A stretch of 64,000 bases of DNA from Balanoglossus misakiensis (lineage: Eukaryota > Animalia > Hemichordata). The position numbers and the translations under genes are program-made. The notes under the pieces were generated by a model. The model had not been told where the DNA came from, made no database searches, and saw only the letters and a list, made by a program, of their open reading frames with translations. Of the stretch, positions 1 to 11,900 are shown piece by piece. Each line of letters begins with the position of its first letter. The stretch's first letter is position 1. Where the stretch lies: NCBI GenBank assembly GCA_040954595.2, contig CM082578.2, positions 3,950,831 through 4,014,830 of the forward strand, written 5' to 3'.

Positions 1-486
1 CCGTGTCTTGGTTTTCACTGGTTCTGGAGAAGAAGATTTTTAAAATTTAAGCCAGATTTCAGAAAAAAAATTGTAGCAAAAAACTGCAACTTTGTCAGCA
101 TAATTTCTAATTACAAAAATGATGGGCAGAAGGTAGTCTACCAGCTTGCCAAATTTGAAGTCGATCTGACTTGTAGTTTCTGAGATCTGAGATTTGCATT
201 TTTTCAGAAAATCCAAGATGGCCGCCAGGTCACGTGACTAATTAAAAATTCAAGGGTTCAATGCACGACTACTCATTGACCTTGACCACTGTAGCAAGTT
301 TCAGAAGTGTACCTGCAGCGGTGTCTGAGATCTCGTGGGTCAAAGAATTGACACAAGAATAAAGAAAGAAAGAAAGTAAAATTCCAACGAAACCAATACG
401 GGCCCAAGCCTGGCTTGGCTTGGGCCCGTAAAAAACCCCAACGAAACCAATAGGGCCCAAGCGCTGGCTTGCGCTTGGGCCCTAAA
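1..486 (-). mobile_element. Non-autonomous Helentron-type element: two stacked 5' heads plus start of body, running off the window's left edge
   Basis: Reverse complement reads TTAGGGCCCAAGCGCAAGCCAGCGCTTGGGCCCTATTGGTTTCGTTGGGG, TACGGGCCCAAGCCAAGCCAGGCTTGGGCCCGTATTGG, (TTTC)n, then a body nearly identical to the + strand unit at 35710-36250. Confidence 0.85.
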
Positions 487-488
487 TA

Positions 489-545
489 TTCCAACAATAA
501 CAATGGGGGCACAAGCCGCCTGAGGGCGCTTGTGCCCCCAATAAG
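489..545 (-). mobile_element. 5' head hairpin of a second Helentron-type subfamily (GGGGCACAAGC subTIR)
   Basis: On - strand TGGGGGCACAAGC-GCCCTCAGGCG-GCTTGTGCCCCCA followed by TTGTTATTGTTGGAAT, matching the head layout of the main family; its subTIR complements GCTTGTGCCCC in the tail at ~41586. Confidence 0.7.
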
Positions 546-2317
546 TTCAGACACCATTTAATTTCTGAAAAAGAGGATTAGTGAAATTAAGTTAGCATCT
601 TTCTAAATTGTTTGAACATCCATTTGATACAGTGCATATTTAACACGACAAATACTTAAGAACATATATGTATTATGAGGACATATCTAGTATACAACAA
701 AGCAAATCTGACCTTGACAAAAGTCTACTTGAATTTTAAAATACAGTTCAGCATATCCTTTAAGACATTTCTTGTTGTGCACAATTTTAGAAAATCAAAC
801 GGGACATAGCATTGACAGAAATAGTCATTAAACGTAATCTGACAACTTGATTGTGTACAAGCCTTAATTGCAGATCATTTGTTAAAGGTACAAAGTAGCT
901 TTTGTTTGCCCTTTTTGATATCATTCAAGAATACAGAGAGTACCTGCATTAAGTCACTGACTGTGCAATATGCTGTCAGTGCATAACCTAAAAAGGGGTC
1001 AGTAAATACCCCTTTGCTGTAAGTAAAGTTGTGATTTTGTGTGTGATACGAAATGAATACCTGTACCAAAGTACGTTTCCTTTTGACAAATAACATTGCC
1101 ATGGCATTGTACATGGCAGTTATACATGAAAGAATACTACACTCTGAGATCTCATGCCAAGATCCATGTGGTCTAAATAGTTTGCAACACTGGCTATATA
1201 TTCAAATACATGGATAAAAGTTTAGCACACAGTGGAAAACTGGGTGGACATCATAAATTATTTATGTGAATGTTCAATCTTGTATGTTGATATACAAGCA
1301 TAGTTCACCAGTACAGTACTGTACTGGTAAACACAGAGCATTAATCCTTTAAGTCGCTGCACACACACACAGTTTATTAGGCTGTTCACAATACTCAGAA
1401 CGGGTCTGGCTGACCTTTGTCCGGACAATTTTTGTCCCAGTTGAATGGGTTAGTTTGTATCCTACTCTGGTCCGACTCTGGTTCCACTACGGTGTGTGTG
1501 GACACGTTTTGTCCGAATCTGGTCCCAGATTGACATAATAGTGTAGTCCATCGTTTGACAATGAAGAAAATCGTATGAACAACCATTAGAGGACCAACAT
1601 GGTTCTGCTTTATAAGGTGAAAGGTTGGCGAGACACCACTGGCCAGGACTGTGCCAATCACAATGTGAACGGGGACTAAAGATTAGCTTGTCTTGTCACA
1701 ATCATCAGTGACACGTTTTGCCCGGCCATGGGCCCAGATGTGAACCCACCATAAGTAGGGGGGCTGAGGCTTAGTCCCATGGACAATGGGTTGCGGAGAG
1801 GTGTTACAGTAATTCTTTACACCGGCTCCGGTCTGACCGGCAAATGCTGTCTCAAATCTAAGCAATTTCAGAACCACTAAACACTGTCCACACCTGATTC
1901 TTTAAGATGGTATCTGATCTGAGACACTTCAGAACCGTCTTAATGGTGTGTATGTGACCCTATACAGTTTACCGTGTTTCAATAAGTCAAACAACAGGTC
2001 CAGTTTTGAATATTAAGTCAACACAAAATGAAAATACATAATTATTTGATTGAAACCATTCTTGATAATACAAATGACAATTTCAAATCATGTTATAAAA
2101 TAACTATCTTGACTCAAAATTGGCTATTTACATGGAATACCAAACATCAAGAAACTTATTTCAGAATAAAAAGTACAACTTAAATTATTTCTATTACTCT
2201 CATAATGCAGGCAAATATCTTTACTGTAATAAAAAATCATCCAGTACAATAAGTTGTTCAAAATACAGTATTTCACGTTTCTTTTTACAAAATGCAATAT
2301 ATACGCTATACCACACA

Positions 2318-2556
2318 GTATTAAAAGCAGGTGAATTATGTACATGTACTCAATATTGCATACCATATGATCATACAAACAAATGTACACACAGAAGTGA
2401 ATACCCCATGGTGTAGCAATAAAATTGTTAAATTACACGGTATTAAAAGCAGGTGAATTATGTACATGTACTCAATATTGCATACCATATGATCATACAA
2501 ACAAATGTACACACAGAAGTGAATACCCCATGGTGTAGCAATAAAATTGTTAAATT
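2318..2556. repeat. 122-bp tandem duplication
   Basis: GTATTAAAAGCAGGTGAATTATG...AAAATTGTTAAATT at 2318 and 2440. Confidence 0.9.
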
Positions 2557-2644
2557 GTAATTATATCATACCAAGCAACAATGTAAATTGTTCTAAAATA
2601 CTTTTTATATTTAACGTAGATTTTATATATACATAGAAAATGAC

Positions 2645-2668
2645 TACATACATACATACATACATACA

Positions 2669-2702
<34 letters not shown>

Positions 2703-2726
2703 CATACATACACACATGCCTGCATG

Positions 2727-2772
<46 letters not shown>

Positions 2773-2800
2773 CATATACACATGTACATATGTTAGAAAT
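2645..2800. repeat. (TACA)n/(CA)n compound microsatellite
   Basis: Direct reading. Confidence 0.95.
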
Positions 2801-3022
2801 GTACATATGCCAGTACATACATGACAAAGACATACAGACAGATATAACATTATGACAGCCAGGCAGCCTGTCTTAAATTACTCAATCCTTCGCCTGAGTT
2901 TATCTTCAGACAGACAGACAGACAGACAACTCACTAAGGCGTGTAGACAACCTAGTCTTAATTACCCTGTCCTCCCCCAGAGTTTATATCTTTTTCTGAA
3001 AGTTAAATCACATCATGTTAGA

Positions 3023-5923
3023 CAAATTATTTGCAGTTGGTGTATCGCTACCTTATCGTAACCTTATCAAAAGCAATCTGGTGGTCAATATTATTTTGCG
3101 GTAAGGTAAATACATGTTATGTAAAATGATGATGTCAGCTTTCTCAGATTATATCATAAGGCAGTTGAACGACATGCACACACTATTGCTACAGATCCTG
3201 ACTATAAACCAACTTTAAAATTTCTTTCAAAATCTCCAATTATGGACATGCTACAGAGTTCAATTTAACAGGAAACAATTCCTTTGGAAAATACTTTTGC
3301 CAACAGCTATATCTATTTTAAATTCAAGTTTCATCCTTTTTTAGTTTTATCCAGTGCTGCAGATATGCTTTTCATCATGTTGTCTTATTTGTGTATATAC
3401 ATTGTTATCAAAATGTCATTTATCCTGAATTTATAACTGATTGATGAGCCTCATGAAGACAAGTTTCACAGCTATTGTTGACAATTAAGTATTTGAATTG
3501 ATTTAACATAGGAGCCAGTATAAGAACATTTAACCTCTTGCTGGGTAGTTTTGTTTTTATCTAGTCTCACTCCCAGACCTCATCGCTGTGCACCATAGTG
3601 TGCTACTGGCAGTATGACCAGGCAAGGAGCGCAGCGACAAGCACAAGTTTGCCAAATCAGATCACTTGCCCGGTCATGTCCTACCACCAGAAGCACACAC
3701 TTTGCCCTGGTGAAGCAACAAGGTCTGGTACCATCACTCAGCTTTTCCGTAACAAAGGCCATTATTAAATCATGTACGTGAATGAGGTTTTTCCTCGTGA
3801 CGGGTTATATCTTTATTTTTCTAATAACACTTATGTTATTTCAAAACACAACTCTAAATTAATATTTTGATCCTTATTGCTTCATGAAAGCTAAAGTATT
3901 TTGGTACAACATTTACCGTCACACTTTCTATTCCTTTCTCAGACACAAGATCAATCAATTTATTAGCTTCTGTAGTTAATTTGCTTCAAATTATTTGCAG
4001 TTGGTGTATCGCTACCTTATCGTAACCTTATCAAAAGCAATCTGGTGGTCAATATTATTTTGCGGTAAGGTAAATACATGTTATGTAAAATGATGATGTC
4101 AGCTTTCTCAGATTATATCATAAGGCAGTTGAACGACATGCACACACTATTGCTACAGATCCTGACTATAAACCAACTTTAAAATTTCTTTCAAAATCTC
4201 CAATTATGGACATGCTACAGAGTTCAATTTAACAGGAAACAATTCCTTTGGAAAATACTTTTGCCAACAGCTATATCTATTTTAAATTCAAGTTTCATCC
4301 TTTTTTAGTTTTATCCAGTGCTGCAGATATGCTTTTCATCATGTTGTCTTATTTGTGTATATACATTGTTATCAAAATGTCATTTATCCTGAATTTATAA
4401 CTGATTGATGAGCCTCATGAAGACAAGTTTCACAGCTATTGTTGACAATTAAGTATTTGAATTGATTTAACATAGGAGCCAGTATAAGAACATTTAACCT
4501 CTTGCTGGGTAGTTTTGTTTTTATCTAGTCTCACTCCCAGACCTCATCGCTGTGCACCATAGTGTGCTACTGGCAGTATGACCAGGCAAGGAGCGCAGCG
4601 ACAAGCACAAGTCGCCCGCCAAATCAGATCACTTGCCCGGTCATGTCCTACCACCAGAAGCACACACTTTGCCCTGGTGAAGCAACAAGGTCTGGTACCA
4701 TCACTCAGCTTTTCCGTAACAAAGGCCGTTATTAAATCATGTACCTGAATAAGGTTATTCCTCGTGACGGGTTATATCTTTATTTTTCTAATAACACTTA
4801 TGTTATTTCAAAACACAACTCTAAATTAATATTTTGATCCTTATTGCTTCATGAAAGCTAAAGTATTTTGGTACAACATTTACCGTCACATATTTTATTC
4901 CTTTCTCAGACACAAGATCAATCAATTTATTAGCTTCTGTAGTTAATTTGCTTCAAATTATTTGCAGTTGGTGTATCGCTACCTTATCGTAACCTTATCA
5001 AAAGCAATCTGGTGGTCAATATTATTTTGCGGTAAGGTAAATACATGTTATGTAAAATGATGATGTCAGCTTTCTCAGATTATATCATAAGGCAGTTGAA
5101 CGACATGCACACACTATTGCTACAGATCCTGACTATAAACCAACTTTAAAATTTCTTTCAAAATCTCCAATTATGGACATGCTACAGAGTTCAATTTAAC
5201 AGGAAACAATTCCTTTGGAAAATACTTTTGCCAACAGCTATATCTATTTTAAATTCAAGTTTCATCCTTTTTTAGTTTTATCCAGTGCTGCAGATATGCT
5301 TTTCATCATGTTGTCTTATTTGTGTATATACATTGTTATCAAAATGTCATTTATCCTGAATTTATAACTGATTGATGAGCCTCATGAAGACAAGTTTCAC
5401 AGCTATTGTTGACAATTAAGTATTTGAATTGATTTAACATAGGAGCCAGTATAAGAACATTTAACCTCTTGCTGGGTAGTTTTGTTTTTATCTAGTCTCA
5501 CTCCCAGACCTCATCGCTGTGCACCATAGTGTGCTACTGGCAGTATGACCAGGCAAGGAGCGCAGCGACAAGCACAAGTCGCCCGCCAAATCAGATCACT
5601 TGCCCGGTCATGTCCTACCACCAGAAGCACACATTTTGCCCTGGTGAAGCAACAAGGTCTGGTACCATCACTCAGCTTTTCCGTAACAAAGGCCGTTATT
5701 GAATCATGTACCTGAATAAGGTTATTCCTCGCGGTGGGTTATATCTTTATTTTTCTAATCATACTGATTTTATTTCAAAACACAAGTCTAAATAATTATA
5801 TTTTGATGCTTATTGCTTCATGAAAGCTGAAGTATTTTGGTACCACATTTACTGTCACATATTTTATTCCTTTCACATACACATGATCAATCAATGTATT
5901 AGCTTCTGTAGTTGGTTCGCTAA
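3023..5923. repeat. Three tandem ~965-bp copies of the Helentron ORF 3' end plus downstream region
   Basis: CAAATTATTTGCAGTTGGTGTATCGC at 3023, 3987, 4954; each unit ends in a copy of the last ~125 nt of the transposase ORF (5796-5923), diverged in the two left copies. Confidence 0.92.
5504..5662 (-). other. ~160-nt rod-like hairpin downstream of the transposase stop (copies at 3573-3728 and 4537-4695)
   Basis: Nested - strand helices by eye: CCAGACCT/AGGTCTGG, TGTTGC/GCGATG, CACCA/TGGTG, GTGTGCT/AGCACAC, CTGGTGGTA/TACTGCCAG, ATGACCGGGCAAG/CTTGCCTGGTCAT, apical GCGAC/GTCGC. Confidence 0.65.
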
Positions 5924-8900
5924 CAAATTGTCTGAAACCATGATCTTCCATGAACTTTACAAGTGATGACCGGGACAAGATATCTTCATTGAAATCACCC
6001 ATGATCAGTTTGCCTCCTGGGTATTTTTCCATTGCTTTCACCAAGCAAACCAAACTTTTTTTGAATACCTCTGCTTTGTATGATGGTGGTCTATAAACTA
6101 CAGCTACTGTAACATTGATTTTAGTGACATAAAATGAAATACATTCCAAATTACACACACCCAAATGCAAAATTTCAAAATCATTACATAGTTTGCTATA
6201 GACTCCAACACCACCCCGCTGTTGCAACTGTAGACTTGATGTATTTCTATCAAATTGATTGTAGGATTGAGATCGTGGTTGGTGATTGAATTCAAATCCG
6301 CTCAATTGCAAATTACAATGTGTTCCTTTTTCAGATAACCAAGTTTCCGTCAAACAAATGAAGTCTGCTTCCAAATATTCACTGTCATTGCAAATATCTT
6401 TAATGTGATTGACAAGTCCCTCCACATTATGCAATACAAATGAGCATGTATAATTACTGTGTTCTTTCTGAGTACACTTGGGGAGAAATTTTGGCATTGT
6501 TTCCAGGGCTTCTTGGACCTTTTCATTGCAATATATGGATGATTTGTTAAAGTCATTAATAATGAGACCATCTAATGTTGTCACCCGACTCAATGCCACA
6601 TATGCCTGTCCTGGTGCAAACATCTTCTTTAAACTGACAACAGCTTTATCAACTGTCAATCCCTGTACCTTATGCACTGTACATGCCCAAGCTAGTTTTA
6701 AAGGAAACTGCCTCCTAATACCACCATTACTTGCAACAGACATTTCTTGAGGTTCTATAGGGGTACTGTTTACTGGAAGGTCAGATATAGTTATAGGCTT
6801 CTTTTTACGCAATCCTTGGCCAACTTTCTCATTATCAAATACAACATAAATGGCAGCTGGGAATTTTTCATTTGGTTTTACTGCAATGTGACATACTGTC
6901 CCAAAAACGCCATTCACCAAACCATCAGCCACATCAATGTTATGCGTCAATTGGACTCGTGCACCAACAGCTAGAGTAAGAGTCTTTGGCAAAGTTGTCC
7001 TGAACACTTTGACATGGTGACCTTCCTTTTTTTCTAGTCGTCCACTTTTAGGATTTCTGCTAAAATCTTCTGCTTCAATACACACAGGATCAGAACATTG
7101 AGAATGAAGCATTTCAACATTACAGCTATTAACCTCTGCATTTGTAGCAAAAACATGCATTGCCTCAGATGTTTCACCAGTAACACACTTTTGTAACATT
7201 GCCACATCACCAGCATTTAGTGTGTCCCCCTTTTTGTGAACTCTTACTCGATTTAGTGCCTCTGCAAATGCACAGTCTTTCTGTCTCATTATTTCAGTTA
7301 ATTCTACCATACTGAAATTATCATTCCACAGATTGACGGATTCACGGTCTATGCACAGTGGACTTGCTTTTACAGGCGGGAGTTGATAAAAATCACCCAC
7401 AGCAATAACACACACATTCCCAAATGGTGACTCAGCCGATGACTGTTTGATTTGTCGCAGTCTTCCATGAACATAGTACAGTAACTTTTTGTCTACCATA
7501 GAAATCTCATCTATTATCAAAATTTGAAGGTTACCAAACTTGCAACGAAGAGTATTGAGCTTTTCTTCACGCAGTGGCTGATATGGCAGCTTTGAGTCAA
7601 CAGCTATGGAGAATATATGATGGAGAGTTGTTCCTTGTATATTAAACGCTGCTACTCCTGTTGGTGCAGTTAAAGCAATTGAAATTCCATCAACATCTGG
7701 CATTGCACGAGCTAGAATTCGTTTGGCTTCATGATATATGCTTTTGATTAAGTGACTTTTTCCAGTACCAGCACCACCAGTGACAAACAAATAAAAGGGT
7801 TCTGGATTCTTGCCATTGCTTTTGTCCAAACACCACTTCCTGACAGTGTAAAACACTTCTGCTTGTTTCTTGTTCAAAGATCTACACATTGCTTCAACCT
7901 CATATTTCTTCATTGAATTTGAAAGTTCTACATGGCAATCATCACCTTTAGGTTTTTTTACCAAGTCCGGAATATCACTGTCATCCACCGGATCATCATC
8001 ACAGCACTTTTTACCTTCTTCAATGCATTCCAATCGTTCTAATTCATTTTCTGGACATATTTGAGCCCATGCATCTTCAAGATGGCCATTCTCATCAAGA
8101 AATTGTCCAGCTGCATCAATAGCATCAGCCTCTGTTTCAAATAATGCTTTATTGGCATCTACAATCATTTTAACCTTTTCTAAAGAAGCAGTGCCACATT
8201 TCACTGCACCAAGACAATAAAAATCCTCAAACGATTCAAATCCACTAGGTTTCAGTTGTGATTCAGTACGATATGGGAGAAACAGTTGTAATATACTGCC
8301 ATAGTGCTTTTCTGGACATTTGGTAACAGAAAATCTAGCATATCTAACAACAGCACCATCACTTATAGATCTTTTCTGCATGTAACCAACATCATTTTTC
8401 AACTTCACTATTGGACTGTGGCGTTTTTCATTACTCACATTTTTCATTTCTGATTTTGAAACCACTCTGTATTCAGAACAAAATTTTGCAAGACACATGT
8501 TGTCAAAATCTACCCCATTTGGTCTGTTCTTGTACCTGTCTACAATGCTATTCATCCATATCTCTTCCTCATCTAAATTATCACCTTTCATTTTCTTCTG
8601 AATTGCAGCTAATGGCAGACTCATTTTAATTTGATTTTCTCCTGTTGGAATAAACTGAACTTTTCGTGATGATTGTTTCAGTTTCAAACCACATACCCTA
8701 TATACAGCTTCCTGGGCACTTATTTCCCTGTTGTGCAGATATACACCACCTAACTCTTTCATGGCAGACTTTGCATCCATATTTCCTTCTTTGTTAGCCT
8801 CTTTCTGTGCATGTTCCAAGAGTAAACCCATTTCTCTTTCGGCCTTAGAGATGTATGACACAATGTACACAACACAGGCATAAGCATCCACCACAAACTG

Positions 8901-11900
8901 AATGTCCATGTTTGCATTCCAGCAACGGAGAAGGTTGGTATTATATTGGTTCACCCAAACATCACTTGGCTCACGTTTTAGAACTACACTTGTCTTCTTT
9001 GCCAAAATTGCATTTGCTTGTTCAAACATCTCCTGAGATATGCCAACTGCATTGAACAAATCATCAATAGTATCAATTTGTTTCTCTTTATCACACAGGC
9101 ATGTCCACACTCGTTCTAAAATTTGTCTAGCCTTCTTCTGAACCAATACTGTATCATCCAACTCAAGCAAACTATTTTCAAATTCACTCTCCAGCGATGT
9201 AGACATTCGATCATCCTTACACTGATCGTCATCTGTTACCTCTATTCCGGTATCTATGCTGACAGATGGGTGGCATATAAAGGTTTTGTTTGAAGGAGGT
9301 CGGGGGAAGTTGAATCGACATGTAGTACCCTTTTTCTTGCAAGATTTTGAATGCCTTGAGCTGTGTTTCTGGACTGTTTTCACAATCTCATGCAGTACCT
9401 CATCCTCCTCTATAGAAGGCATTTCACATGTTACATATCTGTCAACAAACTCAACAACATCCTCATCAGAATCTTTGTCCACTTTTGGTGCATTTTCAAC
9501 CCAAAACAAACAGTGAGTGTGCGGTGATCCACGCTGCTGAAACTCAACTCGATAAAAATAATCTTTGATCTTCCCAATAGGACTAGCTGGTGACATTATT
9601 ACCTCATTCAAGAAACAATGGAATCTATGATCAAACATTCTTGCTGCTGTTACAGGATTTCGTCTCAGGATACCACATTTCTCAGACCAATCGAGATCCT
9701 CAGCATTACGTGTATCACCTTCTTCACGTAGGATAGTTTCAATTACTTCTTTCCATCTTAAGTCAGCAGCAGAAAATGAGCAGAACCATGTCGGTATACC
9801 TAACTGTCTGATCATTGCAAACAAATCTTTCTGTGTTGATTGCCAATAAGGGGGAGTTCCTCGTACTGGTTTTAAAAACTTGTAGCCTTCATCACATTTC
9901 AATATCTCTCTCAATGAATCCCCATCAGTCAGAACATCAGATGTCACCTTTTTGCCACAAGCGTTGGCAGTACCTTTTCTCAAAGCAATTGACACATTTG
10001 ATACAACCTGGTCAAGTTCTGAACGATATTGTGCATAAAATATGTAGTCTGTGCTTTTTGCAAACCTGTTACTTGCATTCATGAGGCGACTCTGCAGGTA
10101 TCGTCCTATTGTTATCTTAACCTCTCGATCATCGTGAAATGTTGGTGATCCAGTTGGGAATATCACAGGAAAGCACTTAGCTTCATTGAACTTCTCCATC
10201 AACACTCTAACAGGTTTATTATCCTCGCCAGGAGCAACACAAGCGATATCATCAAAGTGATAATCAAGAATATCCTGACCAATGTCAACTGGTTGAAAGC
10301 ATGTGTCCATGAATATTCCATTAGTATCTCCATCAGGCTCATTTCCATTTTCTGTGTCTGATGCTACATCATTGCGATCAGTATCTAACAATTTTTCCTC
10401 AGTGTTTTCATTACTTTCACCATTAGATTTTTCTTCAGTCTTTTCAAGAGTATTTTCCCAAGTGAGATTGAATTTGACATCATTATACCACTTGTTATTT
10501 TTCTGTAGGTATTCCAGTGCATTTTGAATGTGTCCTTTGTTTACAAATTGATACTGATAACAACCTTTATAACTTAATTTCCGCTTCAATTTCACCTTTA
10601 TCATCTGGTCCTCCAATTCACCTCTAGGCAAAATACTTGTGGCCTTTTCTATATTAGACGGGACACACACAACAGGTCCATGAACACCATTTTGTCCACC
10701 TCTTGGTAGTGCCATCATTTTCATGAAAGGAATATGCAGTGCAATTAAATGTTGCTCTAAAGAATTCAGACATTTTAATTCATCAGGGATTGGTTTGACA
10801 TCAAGATTGTTTGCAGCAGCTTGAACAGGCATCTCTGCACGCAAGAGTTTGCTATGACATGTGTGACAAATCCATAATTTACTGGCTGCACTGCTCTTAA
10901 GGGGACAATCAACAATACACAATTCACTACAGTTGTGTACATACTCTTGTGTTATGCATTTGTTGGCATTCATTTCACAGAGACCTCCCTTAGAGACATA
11001 GTTATCCATCTTACAAACAATTACCTGTTTTCTAAAAAGTCGCCGGTGACAAACTGAACATACACAATTTGGCCCAACTGAAATCTGATTCCGGAAATCA
11101 ATTATAACACGCTCTATATTTCCCTTTTCAATCTTTGTCACTTTCCTCTCAGTACGTCTTCTCTGCAGTACAGTTTGTTTATAAACGTGATCCTGTTGGT
11201 AACGTTCCAAACATTTTTTTTTGGTCCAGTTTTGAAACTCTTCATCTCTGTTATACTTGTCAAGAAATTGTGCTGCATTCTGACTTTTTTTGTGTTCTCG
11301 GAACTTCTGATCGTTTTGGAACTTGTCAGCAAATACTGCTGCAGTCTGTCTCTTCTTTTGTTCTCGAAACTCCAGATCTTTTTTGTACTTATGAACACAT
11401 TGTGCTGCACTCTGTCTCTTCTTTTGTTCTCGGAATGTCTGATCTTTTTTGTACTTGTCAACACATAGTGCTGCATTCTGTCTCTTCTTTTGTTCTCGGA
11501 ATGTCTGATCTTTTTTGTACTTGTCAACACATTGTCTCTTCTTTTGTTCTCGGAAAGTCTCATCTTTTTTGTACTTGTCAACACATTGTGCTGCACTCTG
11601 TCTCTTCTTTTGTTCTCGGAAAGTCTGATCTTTTTTGTACTTGTCAACACATTGTTCTGCACTCTGTCGCTTCTTTTGTTCTCGGAATGTCTGATCTTTT
11701 TTGTACTTGTCAACACATTGTGCTGCACTCTGTCTCTTCTTTTGTTCTCGGAATGTCTGATCTTTTTTGTACTTGTCAACACATTGTGCTGCACTCTCAC
11801 TCTTCTTGTGCTCTCTGTATAGTGGAACTTTTTCATATTTTGCCAAACATTGTTCTGCACATACAGTTTTCTGTACTTCACGATATACTAGGTCATGATC

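Noticed and set aside
875-1114. Possible host exon on - strand
   Set aside because: Plausible acceptor but no recognisable homology or partner exons.
1377-1680. Possible Harbinger-type MITE (GTTCACA...TGTGAAC)
   Set aside because: Inverted match only ~7 bp; TSD unclear.
2550-2855. MYVC/YIHT low-complexity ORFs
   Set aside because: Microsatellite translations.
3430-3470. Possible hammerhead ribozyme (CTGATTGATGAG...) in the 965-bp unit
   Set aside because: No CTGANGA core paired with GAAA and supporting stems.
5504-5662. SECIS, SRP RNA or Fanzor omega-RNA identity for the hairpin
   Set aside because: No SECIS quartet with apical AA, no SRP helix-8 motif, no in-frame TGA in the ORF, no TnpB/Fanzor ORF seen.
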